From Methanobacteriota archaeon (GTDB taxonomy: Archaea > Altiarchaeota > Altiarchaeia > IMC4 > QMZM01), in contig JAKFXM010000207.1 of NCBI GenBank assembly GCA_021731385.1, positions 1 through 19,270 on the forward strand: 19,270 nucleotides of DNA, in the 5' to 3' direction. The notes below the pieces were generated by a model. That model saw only the letters and a program-made list of their open reading frames with translations. It ran no database searches and was not told the origin of the DNA. Made by a program: the position numbers and the translations under genes. The first letter of the stretch is position 1; each line of letters opens with the position of its first letter. This document shows positions 1 through 7,596 of the stretch, piece after piece.

Positions 1-107
1 AATTCGCACCCGGATTGCATTATGTGAATTGGACCCAAAAACTGCCTTGCAGTTTTTCGGGCGGCAAAATCATATATCTCAATAAGAAATGTTGCCATAG
101 TTATTTA

Positions 108-773
108 TTATTCAATCGTCCTCAAAAACTGCTCTGCTATCTCAGCCACATTCTCGTCAGCCTTTATTCCAGTCCAAGGGTCTTCTCTACCTACAATATT
201 CACAACAACAATATTCGCACCATTGAAAATTGCGCTTCTTGCCTCCCTTAAATCAACGCCTCCTGCAGCAGAAATCATGACATCGTATTTGCTCTTTATT
301 TTGTTGATATGCTTGTATTTTATGACCTTCCCCCTCGTTGTTTCTTCATCCCTGCCTTTATGAAGCACAACTACATCTGGCGGAGTTTTCAGTTTTAACA
401 AAACCTTCAAAGGTTCTTCAACACCGAGCATATCAATCATTGAGTCTAAGCCGAATTCTTTGCATTTTTGTATAAATAGGTTAAGTGTTTCAACTGTTGC
501 ACTTCCAAGAACCGTTGCAGCAGAAGCGCCAGAATTATGAGCAAATTCAACCTCTTCCAGCGCGCCATCCACAGTCTTTAAATCTGCAACAACCATGCCA
601 TGCCAAAGCTTAGAAATTCTTCTTATTCCTCTAAAACCCTCTCTTTTGATAAATGGTGTACCTGCCTCAATCAGAATTCTATCATTTCTTGGAATTGTTG
701 GAAGAATTCTGCTTACAGAATACATATCATCATTAAAAGCTATCTGTAAATAACGGGTTTTGTGTTCCAGCAT
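108..773 (-). CDS. KGPDC/HPS-family protein (3-hexulose-6-phosphate synthase-like, OMP-decarboxylase fold)
   Basis: 221 aa. Motifs LQIAFNDD...EAGTPFIK (Asp/Lys near N-terminus), ADLKTVD, ATVLGSA, VLHKGRDE and SAAGGVDL...GANIVVVN match the 3-hexulose-6-phosphate synthase / KGPDC pattern as I recall it. ATG at 771-773 and TAA at 108-110 were verified in the sequence. The gene lies 9 bp downstream of the stomatin gene on the same strand. Confidence 0.65.
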   Translation of the reverse strand: MLEHKTRYLQIAFNDDMYSVSRILPTIPRNDRILIEAGTPFIKREGFRGIRRISKLWHGMVVADLKTVDGALEEVEFAHNSGASAATVLGSATVETLNLFIQKCKEFGLDSMIDMLGVEEPLKVLLKLKTPPDVVVLHKGRDEETTRGKVIKYKHINKIKSKYDVMISAAGGVDLREARSAIFNGANIVVVNIVGREDPWTGIKADENVAEIAEQFLRTIE

Positions 774-782
774 TTGAAATCA

Positions 783-1541
783 CTATTTTCCACCGAATTT
801 CCTGATTATCTCTCCCATATCTGAAGGTAGAAACAAAACAATCTTTTCTGAAGGATCGGCTGCAATATCCCTTATTGTCTGCAGGGTTCTTAGCTGAATG
901 GCAATCGGATTTTCAGATAAATTATCGGCAGCTTTTCTTAAATTTTCGGAAGCCTTTAATTCTCCTTCGGCAGTTATAATAACTGCTCTCTTTTCCCTTT
1001 CAGCCTCAGCTTGTTTGGCCATTGCCCTCTTCATCTCTGCTGGGAGCTCTATTTCCTGGATTTTTATTGATTCTATGTCAACGCCCCACTCAGAGGTTTC
1101 CGAGTCAACAATTTGTTTCATACTGCTCGCTATCTTCTCCCTCTCAGTCAAAACAAAGTCCAGGTCAGAATTTCCTACAACATCCCTCAATGCAGCCTGC
1201 GTATATTGCCGAACGGCATACTCGAAGTCTTCAATCTTTATAATCGCATCTGCGGGTCTTTCAACTTTAAAGTATACGACAGTATTTGCAAGAAGTGGAA
1301 TGTTATCCTTTGTCATAACCTCCTGACGAGGAATATCAGCAGTTTTAATTCGAATATCTACTTTCCTCATTGTCTGAATTACAGGTATAATCCACACTAA
1401 ACCCGGATCTTTAACATGACTGAATTTACCTAAGGTAAAAACAACACCGCGTTCATATTGGTATAACAACCTAAGTCCTAATAGTAGAAAAATTCCAATA
1501 AAAAATATTACAGGAATTAATCCAAATAATGCAAGTGCCAT
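783..1541 (-). CDS. SPFH/band-7 (stomatin/prohibitin-like) membrane protein
   Basis: 252 aa. It has an N-terminal TM helix followed by YERGVVFTLGKF...GL..IIPV, which is the typical start of an SPFH domain. The C-terminus is a charged coiled-coil region (AEMKRAMAKQAEAEREKRA). ATG at 1539-1541. Confidence 0.7.
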   Translation of the reverse strand: MALALFGLIPVIFFIGIFLLLGLRLLYQYERGVVFTLGKFSHVKDPGLVWIIPVIQTMRKVDIRIKTADIPRQEVMTKDNIPLLANTVVYFKVERPADAIIKIEDFEYAVRQYTQAALRDVVGNSDLDFVLTEREKIASSMKQIVDSETSEWGVDIESIKIQEIELPAEMKRAMAKQAEAEREKRAVIITAEGELKASENLRKAADNLSENPIAIQLRTLQTIRDIAADPSEKIVLFLPSDMGEIIRKFGGK

Positions 1542-1551
1542 TTTATTAGAT

Positions 1552-2481
1552 TTATATGCCTCTGCCCTTCATTATCCCCTTCTCAACTATCTCTTCTTCG
1601 TATCTGAGGCTTGCCTTTGATATAGAATCTTTCAATCCAAGTCCAAGGGCTATTGCTATCCCTATTGACACGCCTATGGCTAATATCCTGAATGAGTCTT
1701 CAAGGATTGATACATTTGTTATTCCAAACTTAGGCAGTGCAAGGACCGCACCAAAGAAGATTATAATAACCTCGGCGCCTAATGCAAGTATTTCTGCAAA
1801 TCCAACATTTCTATGTTTGATTCTACTGCCTGCAAAATCCGCGATTATAAGTGCCACAAGTATTACAAGAATTCCAAGGATTGCATCTGGTATATAATTT
1901 ACAAGAGCATTCATGCGTGAGGTAAGTCCTGGCAATCCAAGCTTTATAACTCCTTCCTCAAGGAAGACAAGGACAAGATACCACTTTGCTATTCCGGAGA
2001 TTATGGTTGAAATTTTGACCCCGCCGATAGCGTCAGAGAGTCCATGCCTTGCCATCTCAGTTTCAATTCCAATAGCAATCAGGGCATCCTTTATTAATTT
2101 TTGCAATATCCCTCCAAGAAGCAAACCAATTACTGCAAGTATTATGAACCAGAAAAACCGTGTTAGGAACCCGAATACGGACGTAATTATCTCGATATTA
2201 ATTGCAGAAAGAACTGCAATTGTTATGAACCACTTGGAATATTGTGCTATGAAATTCACAATCGAACCCCAAAGTTCCCTGCTCGCCGCGCCATAACCCG
2301 AAAGAAGATTCTCCAACTCGTTTGTTTTTAGTATCCTCTGGATCACATTTGACATAAGATACCCGAGTACATAACCCACAACAGCCAATCCAATTATCTC
2401 CAATACAAGAATTCCAGCATCGGTTGCAGTTTTTGTTATTTCGCCCAAAACAATATCTGTTAAAGCCATATTTATCACCAT
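1552..2481 (-). CDS. polytopic integral membrane protein of unknown function, first gene of the stomatin operon
   Basis: 309 aa, almost entirely hydrophobic helices rich in I, L, G and A. ATG at 2479-2481. The stop lies 10 bp upstream of the stomatin start. It is not an NfeD-type partner, as there is no OB-fold C-terminus, so function is not inferable from sequence alone. Confidence 0.5.
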   Translation of the reverse strand: MVINMALTDIVLGEITKTATDAGILVLEIIGLAVVGYVLGYLMSNVIQRILKTNELENLLSGYGAASRELWGSIVNFIAQYSKWFITIAVLSAINIEIITSVFGFLTRFFWFIILAVIGLLLGGILQKLIKDALIAIGIETEMARHGLSDAIGGVKISTIISGIAKWYLVLVFLEEGVIKLGLPGLTSRMNALVNYIPDAILGILVILVALIIADFAGSRIKHRNVGFAEILALGAEVIIIFFGAVLALPKFGITNVSILEDSFRILAIGVSIGIAIALGLGLKDSISKASLRYEEEIVEKGIMKGRGI

Positions 2482-2532
2482 TATTAGTAAATTATTAACT
2501 TGTTATAGTATAAAAACCCCTCTCTCAACCTT

Positions 2533-2600
2533 TTTCTTTCAAAAAGAAACCCGAAAAACCCGCTGGGTTTTTGGGCCCAAAAATTTGCTTTGCAAATTTT
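2533..2600. repeat. chain of overlapping perfect palindromes/hairpins in a divergent intergenic region
   Basis: Four elements were read directly from the sequence. These are tttcttt..aaagaaa (2533-2549), aaaaaccc-gct-gggttttt (2554-2572), the 16-nt perfect palindrome tttttgggcccaaaaa (2568-2583) and aaaatttgc-ttt-gcaaatttt (2580-2600). Confidence 0.6.
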
Positions 2601-2606
2601 TCGGGA

Positions 2607-2791
2607 AGGTTGATCAAAAAGAAAGGAATTTGCTCACTTCGTTCGCAGCGACAGGCTATGCCTGTCGCGTCTCAACAGCCTTCGGCTGTTGATCGCAAAT
2701 TCTGATTGAATAAAATTTAATGATTGAAATTACTATTATGTGGGGTGCGAAGCACCCCACCTATTTTGATCAACCTTTTGTTAAAAGGTTG
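2607..2791. repeat. inverted-repeat-bounded structured element of about 172 bp (MITE-like or regulatory) ending at the rfcL start
   Basis: An inverted repeat of AAGGTTGATCAAAA (2607-2620) and TTTTGATCAACCTT (2765-2778) bounds the element. Internal hairpins are gcgacaggc-tat-gcctgtcgc (2648-2668), aacagcc-ttcg-gctgtt (2674-2690) and gtggggtgc-gaa-gcaccccac (2739-2759, followed by ctatttt). A terminal hairpin caacctttt-gtt-aaaaggttg (2771-2791) is also present. The motif GTTGATC recurs at 2609, 2688, 2766 and 2788. Confidence 0.5.
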
Positions 2792-2796
2792 ATTTA

Positions 2797-4080
2797 ATGA
2801 TGGAATTCAATATGCAATATGACCCATCTTTAGATGGGTCAGTAAGTGGTGATGATCAACCTCCCGAATCAGAGTCAATGGCTCTGATTGGGCCCAATGA
2901 GCCTAAAGGCTCATTAGGGTTCAGAAGGTTGATGTGGATCAGGAAATATAAGCCGGGGCACCTTGATGAGATTGCAGGCAATGCAAAATTGGTTGAGGAG
3001 TTAAGGAAATACAACTGGAAAAAACCATTGCTTGTCTATGGTCCTCCCGGTACTGGAAAGACCGTCATCGTTGAGGCGCTTGCTGTTGATTTGGGATTTG
3101 AATTAACCGAGATAAACGACAGGAATATTGAAAATGCAAAAACAATTATGCAGACTTCAAGTATCTTTGGAGACAGAAAATTAATTCTAATTGACAATGT
3201 TGATCAGATTGGTAATATTGCGTTATTAACGGATGCAATAAAAGAGACAAGAAACCCGACAATTCTGATAACCTCCGAATTTCAGTCCAAAAGATTGAAG
3301 ACAATAAAACTGCTTTGTGAGAAGATTCAGATGAGGAGGCTCCTTTCCACAACAATTGCAAACCTCCTTCAAAAAATATGCAAAAGTGAGGGGATCGAGG
3401 CTGATAAGAGCATACTTGCAAAAATTGCAGAAAATGCCAATGGTGATGCAAGGTCTGCAATAAATGACCTCGAGATGATTGGAAAGGGAAAGAAAAAACT
3501 AACTGCTGAAGATACTGAACTCCTTGGATCAAGGAACAGGTTAATTGATGTTTATAGTGCCCTTAGTTCGATATTGGCAAAAAGGGATTTTAAAGAGGCT
3601 TTAAATTCTACAATGAATCTTGACTTGGAGCCAAGGGATACCCTTTTGTGGATCGATGAGAATCTCCCAAGGGTTTTTAAGGGTAAAAAAGAAATAAGCA
3701 GCGGATATAACTATATCTCAAGGGCCGATATATTTATCGGCAGGATCCAAAGCAGGCAATACTGGGGCTTTTTAAGATATGCAGTTCCATTGATGACCGG
3801 CGGTGTTAATGTTTCAAAAGGTACGTCACCTGTTAATTACGCAAGATACCAGTTTCCAATGTATATTGCAAAATTGGGACAGACAAAAAAGGAAAGATCA
3901 CTTAAAAAATCAATATCCGGGAAATTATCTCCAAAACTTCATGTCTCCTCTAAAATTGTGGTGCGGGATTATATCCCATTATTCAGAATATTGCTTAAGA
4001 ATAAAAAGATAGCCGAGAGGGAACTTGCCGAAAGATTTAAATTTGAGGATGAGGAGTTGGAGTACATCAAGGGCGATTAG
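2797..4080 (+). CDS. rfcL: replication factor C large subunit (clamp loader, AAA+)
   Basis: 427 aa. WIRKYKP is followed by the Walker A motif LLVYGPPGTGKT, then DNVD (the Walker B-like box) and a sensor region, ending in a long C-terminal helical domain. ATG ATG at 2797-2802 sits directly after a hairpin. An alternative in-frame ATG at 2932 (MWIRKYKP) would give the canonical N-terminus. TAG at 4078-4080. Confidence 0.75.
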   Translation: MMEFNMQYDPSLDGSVSGDDQPPESESMALIGPNEPKGSLGFRRLMWIRKYKPGHLDEIAGNAKLVEELRKYNWKKPLLVYGPPGTGKTVIVEALAVDLGFELTEINDRNIENAKTIMQTSSIFGDRKLILIDNVDQIGNIALLTDAIKETRNPTILITSEFQSKRLKTIKLLCEKIQMRRLLSTTIANLLQKICKSEGIEADKSILAKIAENANGDARSAINDLEMIGKGKKKLTAEDTELLGSRNRLIDVYSALSSILAKRDFKEALNSTMNLDLEPRDTLLWIDENLPRVFKGKKEISSGYNYISRADIFIGRIQSRQYWGFLRYAVPLMTGGVNVSKGTSPVNYARYQFPMYIAKLGQTKKERSLKKSISGKLSPKLHVSSKIVVRDYIPLFRILLKNKKIAERELAERFKFEDEELEYIKGD

Positions 4081-5000
4081 CCGGAATTCCCGGCATTCTC
4101 CTCAAATTTTATCTCATTTCTCTCAAGTAATATCCTGAAATCTTCCATGCTGAGCCTTTTCTTGCTCTGCAATTTCTCCTTTGCCTCAATTACGCTTTCC
4201 TCCTTCTTCCTTTCTTCCCTATCAGATCTTATCTTTTCAAGTTCTGTTATAAACGGTGCAACCTTTTCCTGGATCTCCTTGATTTCCTTCTTAATTGAGG
4301 TTACATTGTCCCTGAGAGGATTCATATAATCATACTTTTCAAGAAGCCCCTTATGACATTCATCAGAATGCTTCCGCAATTCGTCAATCTCCTTATATCT
4401 CTTCATTGCATTCTCATGATTATTTTGCGATTCTTGCGCAAGATTCTGTATCTTGTCATGAATGTCATCAAGTTCTTTATTTACATCCTTTATCCCCCCA
4501 TAAGTCTCCGAAACATCTTTGTGCATCGTATTTGCCTTTTTGGCTGCAATGAATCTGTCCTTTATTTCAAATAAATTCTCAAAAATCCTGATTTCGTCCT
4601 GCAGGGGTATGTCTTTATTCAGCAGGGTATCCAGACCGTTTTCATAGGAAATCTGAAGCCTTTCGCTTGTACCCCCCGCGATTCTGTTTAATTCATCCCT
4701 TTGAACCTTTGTATCCCTCATATTGCTTCTGAGGCTCTTTATCTCGGTTAGAAGTATTGTGCGCCTTTTCTTAAATTCGGATATTTCGTTATTAACAGAA
4801 TCCCTTTTCTTTATAAACTCCTTTGCCTCTGTGTTAAGTTTCTTGATTTTGTCAGTTGATTCGTCCCTCTCTACTCTCAACCTGTCGGCTTCTGCCTTGT
4901 GAAAATTTATCTCCTTGTATAACCTCTTTATCTCCTTATCCTTTCTGTCTATCTCGTGCCTTAGGGCGTTTATTTTTTCCTTCAGTTCCTTTTCGTTCAT
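4077..5000 (-). CDS. coiled-coil protein of unknown function
   Basis: 307 aa, K/E/R-rich heptad-like sequence throughout. Strong SD AAGGAGGAAACCTG immediately precedes ATG at 4998-5000. The stop TAA (revcomp of 4077-4079) overlaps the rfcL TAG, so the two genes converge. Confidence 0.55.
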   Translation of the reverse strand: MNEKELKEKINALRHEIDRKDKEIKRLYKEINFHKAEADRLRVERDESTDKIKKLNTEAKEFIKKRDSVNNEISEFKKRRTILLTEIKSLRSNMRDTKVQRDELNRIAGGTSERLQISYENGLDTLLNKDIPLQDEIRIFENLFEIKDRFIAAKKANTMHKDVSETYGGIKDVNKELDDIHDKIQNLAQESQNNHENAMKRYKEIDELRKHSDECHKGLLEKYDYMNPLRDNVTSIKKEIKEIQEKVAPFITELEKIRSDREERKKEESVIEAKEKLQSKKRLSMEDFRILLERNEIKFEENAGNSG

Positions 5001-5391
5001 CAGGTTTCCTCCTTACTACTGAAAAATCCTTATATTTGTTGTTCCAATACTCTATTGCATCTTTGTGCATACTAATATGTTGTTCAAGCCAGGGTGATCT
5101 GCTATTCTTATTTACAATTCCGTCGGGCTGAAATTCCTTCAGTTCGTTCTTCAAATTTATTATCTCCGTATCCGTAATTTTCTTTTCATTCAGATATTTT
5201 TTATAATTCGGATTTTCTTCATCATTGCTGGCTGAATCCATCCAGTACTTCAACTGCTCCTGCTTTTCATTCAGTACATTAAGTTTACTAATTACATCAA
5301 ATTCCCTTTTATAACCCCCAAGAAATTTTCTGTGCTTTTCAATGAGGATGTTCGATAATTGCTTTGGGGTTACTTTTTCAGGCGGAGTCAT
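4936..5391 (-). CDS. hypothetical hydrophilic protein
   Basis: 151 aa. ATG at 5389-5391 lies 27 nt downstream of the CDP-alcohol phosphatidyltransferase stop. The 3' end overlaps the next gene by 65 nt in a different frame. No recognisable motif. Confidence 0.35.
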   Translation of the reverse strand: MTPPEKVTPKQLSNILIEKHRKFLGGYKREFDVISKLNVLNEKQEQLKYWMDSASNDEENPNYKKYLNEKKITDTEIINLKNELKEFQPDGIVNKNSRSPWLEQHISMHKDAIEYWNNKYKDFSVVRRKPDERKGTEGKNKRPKARDRQKG

Positions 5392-5418
5392 CTTTTTTAA
5401 GGAATTAAGGAATATACT

Positions 5419-6006
5419 TTATTTTTTATAATTAAAAACAAACCAGATCCTTTGTAATGCCGTTATATTTCCCAAAATTGCGGCAAGTTTGATTATATAT
5501 AAAAGCCATGAGAAATCAAAGTGTCCCAATAACATGCCGATGTAGATTAATGTCAAACGTTCACCCCTTTCTAAAATCCCACCCATTCTCCTATGATCTT
5601 CTGGTTCTGTTACAACCCCCCGATGGTCTGCATAAGCCCTGACAAATGAGGGCATAATAGCACCAAAGATCAAAAGAGAAATCCATAGTCCGGAAATCCC
5701 ATAGAAGAGAAGCCCCAAATATAACAAAATTTCAACATATCTGTCAACAATGCCATCAAGAAATGCACCAAAACTTGTTACACGCCCGGTAACCCTTGCA
5801 ACCGAACCATCGATTGCATCAATTATTCCTGAGATCAGGAAAAGGATGAGACCATAAATAAGGTGATGTGTGTACAATGCACCAAATCCTAAAACTGCAG
5901 GGATTATTGAGATAAGTGTCCATATATTCGGTGAAATTCCGAATCTTGAGAATATTATTCCAATCTTTATGGAAATTCCATCCGTATTGAATTTTGATTT
6001 GATCAT
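5419..6006 (-). CDS. CDP-alcohol phosphatidyltransferase family protein (archaeal polar-lipid head-group transferase)
   Basis: 195 aa. It carries the family signature D-x2-DG-x2-AR-x8-G-x3-G-x3-D-x3-D, seen here as DAIDGSVARVTGRVTSFGAFLDGIVD, within a multi-TM protein. SD GAGGG lies 7 nt before ATG at 6004-6006. The gene sits 9 bp downstream of the radical SAM gene. Confidence 0.7.
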   Translation of the reverse strand: MIKSKFNTDGISIKIGIIFSRFGISPNIWTLISIIPAVLGFGALYTHHLIYGLILFLISGIIDAIDGSVARVTGRVTSFGAFLDGIVDRYVEILLYLGLLFYGISGLWISLLIFGAIMPSFVRAYADHRGVVTEPEDHRRMGGILERGERLTLIYIGMLLGHFDFSWLLYIIKLAAILGNITALQRIWFVFNYKK

Positions 6007-6015
6007 TACTTTCCC

Positions 6016-7500
6016 TCATCGCTCCTTTTTACTGCCTCTTTCCACCCCTTCCCTGTGCAATGCATTGTAACTGCAGAACGGAATCAGCCTTCCATCAGGA
6101 GTTGAATAATGTATCGTACACCTCTCAACCCTCTGCGTGTCAAAATTCCAGGGATCCATAAAGTGCATGCAGCCAATCATAAGTGCATTTTCATGGAAAG
6201 ATGCGGTTGCATCATAAGTACCTGTTTTGAGAAGTTGCAGTATGGTATTTCTATACTTCGGGTTGTGAATGCTACCGATTGTCTCGCTGAGGAATTTTGC
6301 ATTAATTTTTAGTTTTCCGGCATTCAGTCTTTTTGAAATTGAATTTTCATTTCTTAGTTCTTCCGCACCCTCTTTTAATATCCTGAAGAATCTATCAACT
6401 TCAACAATTTCGTTTATTGGCGTGTATGTCTTATCATCGTTTATAATTATGTATGTTCCAACGCCGCAGCAGGGATGAACGCTCATCTTCACTGCAGGGA
6501 TTCCTGTATATGCCTCGACAAAATTCGAAAGGTGCATCATTGACGGTACAGGATAGAAGTATTTTGCCTTTATCATACTCCTTGTCTGATTTTCAACCAA
6601 ATTTATAAAGTCATATGTGGTTATCCTGTTCCCCTTAACCTCAATTTTTGATGCCTTCCCCGCAAACGAAAGCGGCTGGAAGTTAACGCATTTTATAATA
6701 TCGCTATTCTCTGCTGCGAACTTTATTATCCCCCCAACCTGATTGTCATTTATGCCTTTTACAAGTGTCACTACAAGAACAACATTCTTCAGCCCGATTC
6801 TCCTGCAGTTTTCAATTGCGGTGATTTTTTTGTCAAGCAGGTCAACACCCCTGAGTTTTCTGTAGATTCCATCATCAAGTCCATCAAATTGGAGATAGAA
6901 GGAATCCATGCCAGCATCTTTAAGTGCCTTAAGGTAATTTATATCATTTGCAATTCTAATTCCATTAGTATCGACCATTATATAGAGGAAACCTAATTTT
7001 CTGCCAATCCTTACCAATTCCGGGAGGTCATCCCTCATTGTAGGCTCCCCACCCGAGAACTGGAATGCATATGCAGGAACCGGCTTGTTATCCCTCAGAT
7101 TTTTGAGCATTTTTTCTATCTTCTCGGCAGATGGCTCGTATATCTCCTTACTAGAACCTGCATTTGCAAAGCATACCGGACAGCGAAGATTGCATCTGTT
7201 GGTAACATCAACTATACCAAGAACTGTATGGCTTTTATGCCCATTACATAGACCACAGTCATAAGGACATCCTTTATCCCTTTTTGTTCCGGGATTCTCT
7301 ATACCATTTCCATCATTTTGGAATCCCATAACCCATTTGTAGTGTTCAGCATTGCCCCAGTAGATATCCTCGAAATTCCCATGGTCATTGCAGGTTTTTT
7401 TTATCTTAATTTTACCATCCTCCTCAACAAGTTCTGCAGGAATTTTCTTTAAGCACCTTGGGCAAAGGCTTTCTGTAGTTCTGATAACCCTTGATTTCAT
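6016..7500 (-). CDS. radical SAM enzyme, Tes / GDGT-MAS (MJ0619-like) family candidate
   Basis: 494 aa. An N-terminal Cys-rich ribbon (CPRC...C.DHG) is followed by the radical SAM core CNLRCPVC (CX3CX2C), with SGGEPT and several additional conserved Cys towards the C-terminus. Length and architecture fit the archaeal tetraether-synthase / MJ0619 family as I recall it. Its position directly upstream of a lipid head-group transferase is contextual support. Confidence 0.5.
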   Translation of the reverse strand: MKSRVIRTTESLCPRCLKKIPAELVEEDGKIKIKKTCNDHGNFEDIYWGNAEHYKWVMGFQNDGNGIENPGTKRDKGCPYDCGLCNGHKSHTVLGIVDVTNRCNLRCPVCFANAGSSKEIYEPSAEKIEKMLKNLRDNKPVPAYAFQFSGGEPTMRDDLPELVRIGRKLGFLYIMVDTNGIRIANDINYLKALKDAGMDSFYLQFDGLDDGIYRKLRGVDLLDKKITAIENCRRIGLKNVVLVVTLVKGINDNQVGGIIKFAAENSDIIKCVNFQPLSFAGKASKIEVKGNRITTYDFINLVENQTRSMIKAKYFYPVPSMMHLSNFVEAYTGIPAVKMSVHPCCGVGTYIIINDDKTYTPINEIVEVDRFFRILKEGAEELRNENSISKRLNAGKLKINAKFLSETIGSIHNPKYRNTILQLLKTGTYDATASFHENALMIGCMHFMDPWNFDTQRVERCTIHYSTPDGRLIPFCSYNALHREGVERGSKKER

Positions 7501-7596
7501 TCTCTAAGAGGTGTAACTAAATATGAGTTCTTTACTAAATACTAAAAATTTTACTTCATGCAAATTTAATATGAAATTCTTTGAGAATTTTATATA

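Noticed and set aside
1-6. Window begins AATTC (EcoRI half-site), possible cloning boundary
   Set aside because: It cannot be distinguished from chance at a window edge and has no bearing on annotation.
15-251. 78-aa plus-strand ORF at the window start
   Set aside because: It lies mostly antisense to the well-supported HPS-family gene (108-773), has no motif and no SD. It is probably a spurious mirror ORF.
2640-2760. tRNA or C/D-box sRNA in the structured intergenic regions (also 19030-19270)
   Set aside because: No cloverleaf (7-bp acceptor plus GTTC T-arm) could be folded. UGAUGA/CUGA-like boxes are present only as isolated partial matches in the wrong order.
3146-3532. 128-aa minus-strand ORF inside rfcL (and similar internal ORFs in ppsA, 14305-14661 and 15281-15469)
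   Set aside because: They are antisense to strongly supported genes, without motifs or start signals.
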